NCBI GenBank assembly: GCA_963528515.1
Contig: CAURUO010000002.1
Location: 31,234-95,233 of the forward strand
Length of the DNA: 64,000 bases
Direction of reading: 5' to 3'
Origin: an uncultured Candidatus Saccharibacteria bacterium
Lineage (GTDB): Bacteria; Patescibacteriota; Saccharimonadia; Saccharimonadales; Saccharimonadaceae
This document shows positions 30,817 to 39,415 of the stretch, piece by piece. Within the stretch, counting starts at the first letter, position 1. Each line of letters begins with the position of its first letter. Both the position numbers and the translations under genes were made by a program. A model generated the notes under the pieces. The model saw nothing but the letters and a program-made list of their open reading frames with translations. It did no database searches and had not been told where the DNA came from.

Positions 30817-31701
30817 TTAACGCAGCGCAGTTAATTTTTGATTGACAACGCTTGAAAAGTCGTTGTAGTACCGATCCATTCCGCTATCGGTAACCTTGCG
30901 GCTAGCGTTAGTAATTAACGTATAGCCAGTAGTCGACGGTTCTATTGGACGGCGCGGCCGAGCGCTGAAATTACCGCTGGTATAGGCTCTAGCGTATTCG
31001 ACGTAGTATTTCTTCAACGAAGTGTAGTAATCGCTCCATTCTTTACCGAAATTAGCCACATTGCTATTATTTGATTTGCTCAGTTTCTGCATCAAGGATG
31101 TGCAATCGCCGTATTTTTGACTGACTTCCTTATCAACTTCATCTGGCTTCTTGCTTATATGGCCAAGATAAAATACGTTATCGCATTTTTTTCTGACCTC
31201 GCTATAAACCTCCACGTACTGCGACAAGCCTTCCATTTCGGGTTTAGCGACGTCGTAAGCTTTCTTGTATTTGTCGTAAGCTTCTTTGACATCTTTATCG
31301 TGCATAATCTTAGATTTCGATAATTTGTCATTTAGTTCATCGCGACTCTTGATAGCGCTATTAACCGTTTCTTTGTAGGCTTCTGGATTACGTACAGATG
31401 AATACTGCAAACTGTTCAATTTCGAGCTTTCATCATTCATCCACGAAACAGCTTGACGATAATCTTCTTTGCTCGGCCCCATATTGAGCAGCAAAACAAC
31501 CACTATTACGATAATCAGCAGTAAAAATCCAACAGAACCGCCAATTATTCCCCACAAAGCCCCCTTGCTAAGACCTTTTTTAACCGGCATTTGCGGCGGC
31601 ATCGCTGGCTGCTGTTGCATAGGTGGCGCGGACATTGGAGCTGACTGCGGCGCAGGTGGCACTGGCTGCGGCGATTCAGGTGGTTGCGGTTGATTGTTCA
31701 T
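30817..31701 (-). CDS. Hypothetical single-pass membrane protein with Pro/Gln-rich N-terminus
   Basis: MNNQPQPPESPQ..., TM, helical ectodomain; start after GAGGGGAAG SD. Confidence 0.8.
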   Translation of the reverse strand: MNNQPQPPESPQPVPPAPQSAPMSAPPMQQQPAMPPQMPVKKGLSKGALWGIIGGSVGFLLLIIVIVVVLLLNMGPSKEDYRQAVSWMNDESSKLNSLQYSSVRNPEAYKETVNSAIKSRDELNDKLSKSKIMHDKDVKEAYDKYKKAYDVAKPEMEGLSQYVEVYSEVRKKCDNVFYLGHISKKPDEVDKEVSQKYGDCTSLMQKLSKSNNSNVANFGKEWSDYYTSLKKYYVEYARAYTSGNFSARPRRPIEPSTTGYTLITNASRKVTDSGMDRYYNDFSSVVNQKLTALR

Positions 31702-31786
31702 AGACTTCCCCTCTTTTATAAGTGTATCTCTATTAAGTATAGCAAAACTCAAGCTGTTCCGTATAGTATTCGTTTACGTAGAAATA

Positions 31787-33913
31787 TTATCGCTGTTCAA
31801 TTCCCTTCATTGTCAAGCTTAGGCGCCCGCGGTTATCAATTTCTGTTAACTTAACACGTACCGTTTGACCCTCTTTCAAGACATCAGTTACTTTGCCGAC
31901 TCGTTTATCCGATAGTTGTGAAATATGCAACATACCGTCAATTCCCGGCAAGATATTCACAAAGGCCCCGAAATCTTTGATGCTGACGACCTTGCCTTCG
32001 TAGATTTTGCCAACTTCTGGCTCTTCGACCAGGCTTTTTATCCAGGCAAGTGCCTTCTCAATTGATTCGCCGTTCGGACTGGCGATGGTGATCAAGCCGT
32101 CTTCCTTGATGTCGACTTCGGCACCAGTCTCGCTGGTAATCTTGTTAATCACCTCGCCACCTTTGCCGATGACCGCGCCAATTTTATCTGGGTCAATCTT
32201 TAGTTTTTCAATTCGCGGTGCGTACGGGCTAAGTGCTTCGCGCGGCGCTGGTAGTACGCTTAGCATATGCTGCAAAATATGCGCCCGGCCAGCCTTACTC
32301 TGTTCAATCGCTTGGCGCAGCACTGCCACCGGCAAACCATGCACTTTCATATCCATCTGCAGCGCCGTGATACCCTTGGCTGTACCGGTCACCTTGAAAT
32401 CCATATCGCCGGCAAAATCCTCAGCATCGGCAATATCGCTCAGTACGTACGGCGTATCACCGTCCATCATCAAGCCCATAGCAATACCGCTAACTGGCGC
32501 CGAGAGAGGCACGCCAGCATCCATCAACGCCAGGCAGCTCGAACAGGTCGCTGCCATCGACGTCGAACCGTTTTGGCTCATGATTTCGGTGACGCTGCGA
32601 ATAGCGTACGGGAAGTCTTCTTCGCTCGGCAGCACTGGTGTCAAGGCTCGTTCCGCCAAGTAGCCGTGACCAATTTCGCGCCGGCCCGGGCTGCCCATCC
32701 GCTTAACCTCGCCAACCGTATAACCTGGCGCATTGTAATGATGCATATAGCGCCGCTCGCCATCGTTAACTTCCATAGTATCAACCAGCTGCGCGTAACT
32801 CAGCGGCGCCAAAGTCACAATATTCATACCCTGCGTCACGCCGCGGGTAAACAGGCTCGAACCGTGCGCTCGCGGCAGCAAACCAACCTCTGAGCTTAAC
32901 GGGCGGATTTCCGTCAAAGCACGGCCATCCGGGCGCTTGCCGTCCTCGACGATACCGCGGCGCACATCTTTATGCAACGCCAAGGTAAATGCTTCATCGT
33001 ATTCGTCGCGTACTTCGTCGTATTCCTCAGCGCCCAAGCCCAGCTTTTCGGCCATCGCTTCGTGGAATGCCCAGCGAATCTCATTGACCACCTCGTTGCG
33101 CTCTGGATACGGCCGGCGGATTTTCTCGCCTAATTTACCGTCAACCCATTCGTCAGCTGTCTGCTGAATTGTTTCGTCGGGTAAGACTAATTCATATTCT
33201 TGCAGAGTTGGCGCCACTTTGGCGGCTAGCTCGCGCTGCAACTGAATCGCTGGCTGCATCATCTGGTGCGCCCAGGCCATCGCATCGACGATCACTTCTT
33301 CTGATACTTCCTTAGCACCAGCCTCCACCATGGTGATGCCGCTCTCGATACCCGCCACCACCAGGTTCAAATCAGATTGCTCACGCTCCTCCGGCGTCAA
33401 AAAGGCCTTGAATTCGCCATTCACTCGGCCCACTCGCAAGCCCGCCACCGGACCGTCAAACGGCGTCCCAGTGAGCATCAAGGCGCTCGACGCCGCAATC
33501 ATCGCCACCACATCCGGGCGAAAATCCGGATCCATGCTCAGCACCGTCGCCACGACTTGTACTTCTTGGCGGTAGCCCTTCGGAAACAGCGGCCGAATCG
33601 GGCGGTCGATCAACCGGCCGATCAGCACCGCCTCGTCGCTCGGGCGACCTTCGCGCTTGATAAAGCGGCTGCCAGAAATCTTTCCCGCGGCATAAAATTT
33701 TTCTTCATAATCAATGCTCAGAGGAAAATAGTCCAGCTGCACTGGCCGCGAACCGACCTGGGCGCTGCCCAGCACCACCGTATCGCCATAGCGCACCAGC
33801 ACGCTGCCCGTCGTCCGGAAGCCAACCCGGTTAACCTCCAGCGTCAGCGGCCGGCCACACAGCTCGGTGGTAACGCTAAAAATCTCCTTGCCGCTCGGGT
33901 TAATAATACTCAT
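31787..33913 (-). CDS. pnp: Polyribonucleotide nucleotidyltransferase
   Basis: RLIDRPIRPLF, RREIGHG, SQNGSTS, DFAGDMDFK, KH (IGKGG) and S1 domains. Confidence 0.98.
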   Translation of the reverse strand: MSIINPSGKEIFSVTTELCGRPLTLEVNRVGFRTTGSVLVRYGDTVVLGSAQVGSRPVQLDYFPLSIDYEEKFYAAGKISGSRFIKREGRPSDEAVLIGRLIDRPIRPLFPKGYRQEVQVVATVLSMDPDFRPDVVAMIAASSALMLTGTPFDGPVAGLRVGRVNGEFKAFLTPEEREQSDLNLVVAGIESGITMVEAGAKEVSEEVIVDAMAWAHQMMQPAIQLQRELAAKVAPTLQEYELVLPDETIQQTADEWVDGKLGEKIRRPYPERNEVVNEIRWAFHEAMAEKLGLGAEEYDEVRDEYDEAFTLALHKDVRRGIVEDGKRPDGRALTEIRPLSSEVGLLPRAHGSSLFTRGVTQGMNIVTLAPLSYAQLVDTMEVNDGERRYMHHYNAPGYTVGEVKRMGSPGRREIGHGYLAERALTPVLPSEEDFPYAIRSVTEIMSQNGSTSMAATCSSCLALMDAGVPLSAPVSGIAMGLMMDGDTPYVLSDIADAEDFAGDMDFKVTGTAKGITALQMDMKVHGLPVAVLRQAIEQSKAGRAHILQHMLSVLPAPREALSPYAPRIEKLKIDPDKIGAVIGKGGEVINKITSETGAEVDIKEDGLITIASPNGESIEKALAWIKSLVEEPEVGKIYEGKVVSIKDFGAFVNILPGIDGMLHISQLSDKRVGKVTDVLKEGQTVRVKLTEIDNRGRLSLTMKGIEQR

Positions 33914-33930
33914 AAAAGAGCTCCTTTCTT

Positions 33931-34021
33931 CGCGGCAAGTAACAGGGATGAAAATTCGTCTTGGCTAGGCTTGGCGATTCAAAGCCGTGCGCCGCAAATT
34001 CTCGTCTCTATCACTTCCGCG
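33931..34021 (-). promoter_or_regulatory. Long stem-loop in the pnp 5' leader
   Basis: CGCGG-AAGUGAUAG-A-GA-C-GAGAAUUU pairs with GAAUUUUC-A-UC-C-CUGUUACUU-G-CCGCG; several G-U pairs only on the mRNA strand. Confidence 0.7.
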
Positions 34022-34120
34022 TTAACAATAACTACTTTATTATAGCAGACAGCAAAGGTTATTTCATCTATATCACGTCACGCTATTGCTTTTTTATCAT
34101 GTTTATGCTATAATAGAAGA

Positions 34121-35032
34121 ATGAGCATGCTTCCTGCAGTTCAGCTAAGACGCCGCCAAGAGTTCTGGCAAAAAAGCCGAGAGACCGCGAAAGAATTGCG
34201 ACGAGAAGCGCATACGATTGATCCAGAACGCCCGCGGCGCGGTATCGGGCGAGCTGCGCACAATCTACTGCGCGTGATGAATCAGATTGAACACCCAACT
34301 GCTGAAACCAACCAGCAAAAAGAGTTCTACATTCTCTACGGCACCTATCGCGACTGGATTGCTGCTGTAACTGCCGAAAAAACAGCTAGAGACTCAAATA
34401 GGAGGCCTTCTCCTAAAGATCACGAAAAAATTGTTAGTGTGCATTCTTCATTCAACGACTCACTACGCGAAATTTTTAACCGCTGGGGCACTACTATCAC
34501 GCCAGCTGATATAATGCAGATTCTAAATAATTTTATCCCTATAGCCGACAAACCCCACTACCGCAAAAAAATGGAAACAAGCATAAAAGGTGTACGTACA
34601 GAATTACTAGCTGAGCTAGCTCTCGAAAACATGGGCTTTGAAGTGGTCCGTGCGACTACCGAACAAGACAAGAGAGGTATTGATTATCTTATAACTGACA
34701 GTCAGGGAAAGCAAACAGCGATAGATATTAAATCTTCAAGATTTAAAGCGAACAAAACCAATGATCGAAACGCTAAGTATTATAATGACGGTACTATAGC
34801 TATCTGTCCATTTTCGCCCGAAACCCTCGAAAGTATTCATACGGTTTTGCCTAAAGACCCTTACGGAGAAATGCTAGAACCTTCAAAAGAGATGCTTGCA
34901 AATCTATATACTTCTGGTATTGTAGATAATCATGAATATACTAGAATTATGAATGAATTAGAGGAACAGATGGAGGATATGCGTAAGAGAAATAATAATC
35001 CGGCATCCAGAGGAAAACTAGTTCATGTCTAG
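34121..35032 (+). CDS. Hypothetical protein with PD-(D/E)XK nuclease-like motif
   Basis: GVRTELLAELAL...GF.V..A...QDKRGIDYL...AIDIKSS. Confidence 0.6.
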   Translation: MSMLPAVQLRRRQEFWQKSRETAKELRREAHTIDPERPRRGIGRAAHNLLRVMNQIEHPTAETNQQKEFYILYGTYRDWIAAVTAEKTARDSNRRPSPKDHEKIVSVHSSFNDSLREIFNRWGTTITPADIMQILNNFIPIADKPHYRKKMETSIKGVRTELLAELALENMGFEVVRATTEQDKRGIDYLITDSQGKQTAIDIKSSRFKANKTNDRNAKYYNDGTIAICPFSPETLESIHTVLPKDPYGEMLEPSKEMLANLYTSGIVDNHEYTRIMNELEEQMEDMRKRNNNPASRGKLVHV

Positions 35033-35459
35033 TGAAACTGGCTCCTTAGAAAGAGGCGACTCAGCAGACCCATGGCTTACTCAATACGATCTGGTTGATC
35101 CAGGAAAGGCGTATGACGACATTACCTACTCAATCAAGAACGGAGAAAATGTTACACTGGCAGCGAGAGTGCCTGCTGGTATAGGGGAAATCTCGGTTAG
35201 AGCCGCTATTACTCAAGTTGAAGTTGAAGTTGAAGTTGAAGTTGAAGCTTTATTTAATGGGGTCTGCCGAGTAGAGGCAGATAGATTGTTCGGGTCTGAC
35301 GGCTCGCCTCAACTCGAGGCTAGAGGTGTAACCAAACACCCTAACCCTCTGGACTCAGATGATGGCGATAAAAAACCTCTGATCGTTGTTTTCCAGCAAA
35401 GCGATGGTAATAATATTGATTCCGGACACTTTTTCCTGGAAACTGCACAACATCCTTGA
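35025..35459 (+). CDS. Hypothetical acidic protein
   Basis: 144 aa, overlaps upstream gene by 8 nt, contains (VE)5. Confidence 0.65.
   Translation: MSSETGSLERGDSADPWLTQYDLVDPGKAYDDITYSIKNGENVTLAARVPAGIGEISVRAAITQVEVEVEVEVEALFNGVCRVEADRLFGSDGSPQLEARGVTKHPNPLDSDDGDKKPLIVVFQQSDGNNIDSGHFFLETAQHP
35215..35247 (+). repeat. Hexanucleotide tandem repeat (AAGTTG)x5 plus partial
   Basis: Directly visible; encodes VEVEVEVEVE. Confidence 0.9.
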
Positions 35460-35535
35460 TATTATACCTTAATGCTAGCCCTTGCTAAATTAAGCTAATC
35501 GCAAGCTATTCAAATTCAATCAACGAGGAGGCCTA

Positions 35536-36033
35536 ATGCCACAAACCGAAAGTCTATATACTGGGCGGCGCATTAATGTGCGCGCTATTATTTATCGCGA
35601 AGGAAAAATACTCGCCGTCAAACATCGCCGCGGCGACCAGGCGGCCCCTTATTACGCCGTACCAGGCGGCGGTCTCGACCCGCACGAGTCGCTAACTGAG
35701 TGTCTAATCCGTGAATTACGCGAAGAGACTGGCGTGACCGCCAAACCTGGCAAACTGCTATTCATTCAGCAATTCCCATCATCGCGGGCTGGCTACGAAG
35801 AGGAATTAGAGTTCTTTTTCGCGGTCGATAATCCTGATGACTTTACTGATATTGACATTAGCCAAACAACGCATGGCGCCCAAGAATTAGCGCTTTGCGA
35901 GTATATCGACCCGTCGCAATGCGTTCTCTACCCCGAATTTCTACAGCACACCGATATCGCACAGTACATCAATAGCAACCAGCCAGTTCTCGTCGTCGAT
36001 AATTTCAACGAGCAGCACCAACAACTACTCTAG
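35536..36033 (+). CDS. NUDIX hydrolase
   Basis: Nudix box GGGLDPHESLTECLIRELREETG; SD GAGGAGG. Confidence 0.93.
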   Translation: MPQTESLYTGRRINVRAIIYREGKILAVKHRRGDQAAPYYAVPGGGLDPHESLTECLIRELREETGVTAKPGKLLFIQQFPSSRAGYEEELEFFFAVDNPDDFTDIDISQTTHGAQELALCEYIDPSQCVLYPEFLQHTDIAQYINSNQPVLVVDNFNEQHQQLL

Positions 36034-36693
36034 CGTCACGTTTTGCCGCGCCCAATCAACTGCCGCTTGCGCCCGTTTGCGCGCCTCCAAGCTTTTTCGC
36101 GGCGGGCGATCATCGCCCCACCATTGCCGCCAAGCCCAATCTGCCGGGTTGAGACACTCCAGGCAATCCATGTGGCGCAATTTGCCGTTCACAAACTCTT
36201 CATTGCGCTCGGTGTAGACAAATTAGTAGCCGCACTTCTCAAGCGCCCGCCAGCTCGCCGCGTTGCCGTGAATAACCGCCGACTTGATCCGGTGTAAACC
36301 TAGATTTTCGAAAGCATACCACGTCCGTGCCCGATGGCAGGCACTGGCAATCCCCTGGCCCCAATATTTCTTATCGGCAATAACTATACCGCTTGTCGCA
36401 TAATGAACGTGTTCTTTAGTTATCTCGGTAAGCGCTGTGTTGCCGATTAGCTGGCGCTTGTCACCGTCGGCAGCCCAAATGCCCCAGACCAACTTGGTTT
36501 TATCCTTGATCATTTCATCATACCAGACTTGTTCGGTCTCAATCGTCTGCGCTCGGTGCGCTGACAAGTATTGCGTTACCGTACCGCGCGCAAAACCCTC
36601 GACAAACACCGCTAGATTATCGCGCGCAAACGGCGCCAGTTCAACCGATAAGCCCCTATCGGTTGTTAATTTCATCATCGGCCCAAACGCCAT
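36025..36693 (-). pseudogene. RimJ/RimL-type GNAT acetyltransferase interrupted by one in-frame TAA (36223-36225)
   Basis: YWGQGIAS, GLHRI, NAASWRALEKCGY* continues in the same frame as FVYTERNEEFVNGKLRHMDCLECLNP... to TAG at 36025. Confidence 0.8.
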
Positions 36694-36767
36694 CGCGCAC
36701 TCCTTTCGCTTAATTGTGTTTTATATTATACACAATTGCGGAGGTTTAGCACACAAATAGTTATAAA

Positions 36768-38042
36768 CTATAAACTTTCAATGATACTCTGTAGATTCTT
36801 GCGAGCTCTGCCAGCAAATTGCTGCAAAGCCGAGCCGCTGCCTGGTTCAGTTTGCCATACCAGCGACTGCGGGCCAGCTTTTTTCACTAAGTCATACATT
36901 GCTTGAAGAGTTTCTGCGTCAACATTTAGTCCGCCTTTAGATTTTAGCCTATCGGCTAACTCTGCCCTAACATTTTGGTCAAGAAATCCGCTATAAGCCC
37001 TCAAGAAGTCTCCCGCCCATTTGTTGGCTTTCTCTTGGTTGAAAGGTTGGCGCTCGCCAGGTTGTTTCGTACTTTGCTCTCCAGCGGCCTGTTTTCCGTC
37101 TGACTTCGATACGTCTGCTTCAGATTTTACCGTATTTTTTTGATTGCCATCTGGCTGCTCTACTGGTGATGTCTTATCTTCTGCTGGCCGCTCAACCTGT
37201 TCTGCCGGATTTTTCTCTGCGGCGCGATTACTTGTGGCAGGTTTAGTTTCTGTAGTTTCTACCTTTGGACTTTCGTTGCTAGCGGTTTCTGGCGGCGTAT
37301 TTTCTTTAGACGCTTTAGGTTCAGGTTCGCTAGACGGCTTAGTGGCATCAGTTTCTGCTTTCGGAATTTCGGCACGCGGCGGCAACGGTGCCTCTTTTGC
37401 CTCGGGCATAGCAGCGCTATCACTGGTCTCGTGCGATACCATCTCATTTGGCTGCTCTCGTATCGCTGGCTGCTCGTATACTGCTTGCTCAACTGGCGGC
37501 CGCGAAGCGTATTGGACTAGATTATCGCCTCTATCACTGTTACGCTCACCCCTGACAATACCATCAACCATATCCCCTGGAACACCATTCTCTATCAGTC
37601 GAGCACGCCGATCGAGCATTTCATCAACACTTTGCGGCCCTCTCTCGGCGTCAGCATGCGACGGCAACTTACCAGTTATTTTCTCGCCAGTCATGAAAAC
37701 CCGGCGAGTAGAAGCACGTTCGTTGGTCGGCGCTATTCCGCCGTCAGTAGCGGCTTTATAAGCCTCGCCGACCAGCAACTGCCTGCCGGTATTCGACTCT
37801 TGGCGCGCCAAAGCGGGCGGCTTATCGCCGAAAGCAATCGCCACCGCATCGCGAGCATCATTGACTTTCTCGGCCCGGCCAGCCGGCGTCTATTCGTGCG
37901 GCGTACTAAAATTATCACCATCAAGAGAGTTAGACTTAACTATCGGCTCAATACCGTACTTCTTATAGTCAAACGACTCGCCTTGCTCGCGGCTGTTAGT
38001 CACCTCATGAGAAGATGTTGGAAAGCGTTCTTTTGTGTTCAT
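36768..38042 (-). pseudogene. Low-complexity Pro/Glu/Lys-rich hypothetical protein with in-frame TAG at 37890-37892
   Basis: ATG at 38042 gives 50 codons (MNTKERFPTSS...STPHE*) in frame with ORF 36768-37844. Confidence 0.6.
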
Positions 38043-38157
38043 TTTTGTTTTGCCGTTTACTTACCTTTTTATGCTAACACAGCTTATGCTTTTTGTCAAT
38101 ATTATTACTTAGATTAGCAATTTTAGCAATACGGCAGCCGCGATCTACCTTTACAAA

Positions 38158-38190
38158 CCAAAAACCGCCTCAATACGAGACGGTTTTTGG
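38158..38190 (-). terminator. rpsO terminator
   Basis: CCAAAAACCG...CGGTTTTTGG inverted repeat right after rpsO stop. Confidence 0.75.
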
Positions 38191-38204
38191 CCCAGGCTGC
38201 ACGT

Positions 38205-38471
38205 TTATTTGCGCAGACCGAGCTTCTCTAGCGTTGCCTTGTAGGCCTCAAAGTTCGTCTTCTCAAGGTATTTCAGCAGGCGCTTGCGCTTACCTACCAT
38301 CTGAATCAGTCCGCGGCGCGCCATACGGTCGTGCTTATTGGACTTGAGATGTTCAGTCACCTCTTTGATACGAGCCGTCAAGATCGAAATCTGCGCTTGC
38401 GGGCTGCCTACATCGTTCTCGTTGACCTGAGTCAAAGCAATAGCTTTCGCTTTGTTATCCTTTGATATCAT
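38205..38471 (-). CDS. rpsO: 30S ribosomal protein S15
   Basis: DVGSPQAQISILT.RI, H.K..KHD, RRGL, LGLRK. Confidence 0.97.
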   Translation of the reverse strand: MISKDNKAKAIALTQVNENDVGSPQAQISILTARIKEVTEHLKSNKHDRMARRGLIQMVGKRKRLLKYLEKTNFEAYKATLEKLGLRK

Positions 38472-38637
38472 AGCTAATAACTTTAGCAGAGATCCGCTAA
38501 TCAGTCAAGTTGTGCGAACTCCTTATCATATCTATTACCCTATAGATTTTCTCAATATCGTCAATCGTCATCTGACGAGACTAGCCTATCCAGCCCTTAA
38601 TAAGTTTGGTATCTAAATAAGCAAATTTCTATGCTTC

Positions 38638-39339
38638 TTATGATTCAATGCCAAAATCAGCTAGCTTTTGCGCTTGACTAACTTGCCAATCGGCAATCTG
38701 CGTACGGCGCAATTCTTGACAGTAAGCGCCCGTACCTAGCGCCTCACCGATATCAACTGCCAAACTACGAATATAGGTACCGCTAGAGACATGGGCTCGA
38801 ACTTTGAGCAGCGGATAAGCGTAATCAAGCAGTTCTAGCGCATAAATAGTCACTGTACGTTCTGGTATATCAACTTTTTTACCGCTGCGAGCCAATTTGT
38901 AAGCCCGCTGGCCGTTAATTTTGATAGCACTGAACGCTGGCGGACGCTGTTTGATATCGCCAACGAATTGCGCTAGAACAGACTTGATAGCTGTTATATC
39001 TGGTTGCTCTGAGATGGACGAAGTTTGAGCATCATTTTGCGGCTTACTATTTGCAACATACGGCATAATTTCGCCTTCCGGGTCGCCAGTTGTACTAGTC
39101 TGCCCCAATCGGAACGTCGCTTCATAAACTTTATCAAGCTTAGTATAACGCATCGCATTGCGGCATTCCTTGCCCGTAACCAAAATCAACAGGCCCGTCG
39201 CAAACGGGTCAAGCGTCCCGCAATGACCGACTTTGACTTTTTTACCAGCCCGCTGGCTAAGCACGCGGCGAACTCGCGCCACCACCCCGAAGCTAGTCAT
39301 GTCTGGCGGCTTATCAATCAATATGACCTTGTCATTCAT
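38638..39339 (-). CDS. truB: tRNA pseudouridine(55) synthase
   Basis: DKP..MTSF, GHCGTLDPFATGLL, PPAFSAIK, SSGTYIRSL. Confidence 0.96.
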   Translation of the reverse strand: MNDKVILIDKPPDMTSFGVVARVRRVLSQRAGKKVKVGHCGTLDPFATGLLILVTGKECRNAMRYTKLDKVYEATFRLGQTSTTGDPEGEIMPYVANSKPQNDAQTSSISEQPDITAIKSVLAQFVGDIKQRPPAFSAIKINGQRAYKLARSGKKVDIPERTVTIYALELLDYAYPLLKVRAHVSSGTYIRSLAVDIGEALGTGAYCQELRRTQIADWQVSQAQKLADFGIES

Positions 39340-39415
39340 GCTTTAAGTATATCAGCATAACCCGCGGCATTGAACTAAAACCTTTTTAGGATCAATGTGA
39401 GGTATATTCGCAAAT

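Noticed and set aside
36223..37892. Stop-codon reassignment explaining two in-frame stops
   Set aside because: The stops differ (TAA and TAG), and TAA, TAG and TGA all terminate conserved genes in this window
38990..39075. Extra loop in TruB as a third palindromic insert
   Set aside because: Only a 5-bp TGCTC/GAGCA complement; no convincing stem
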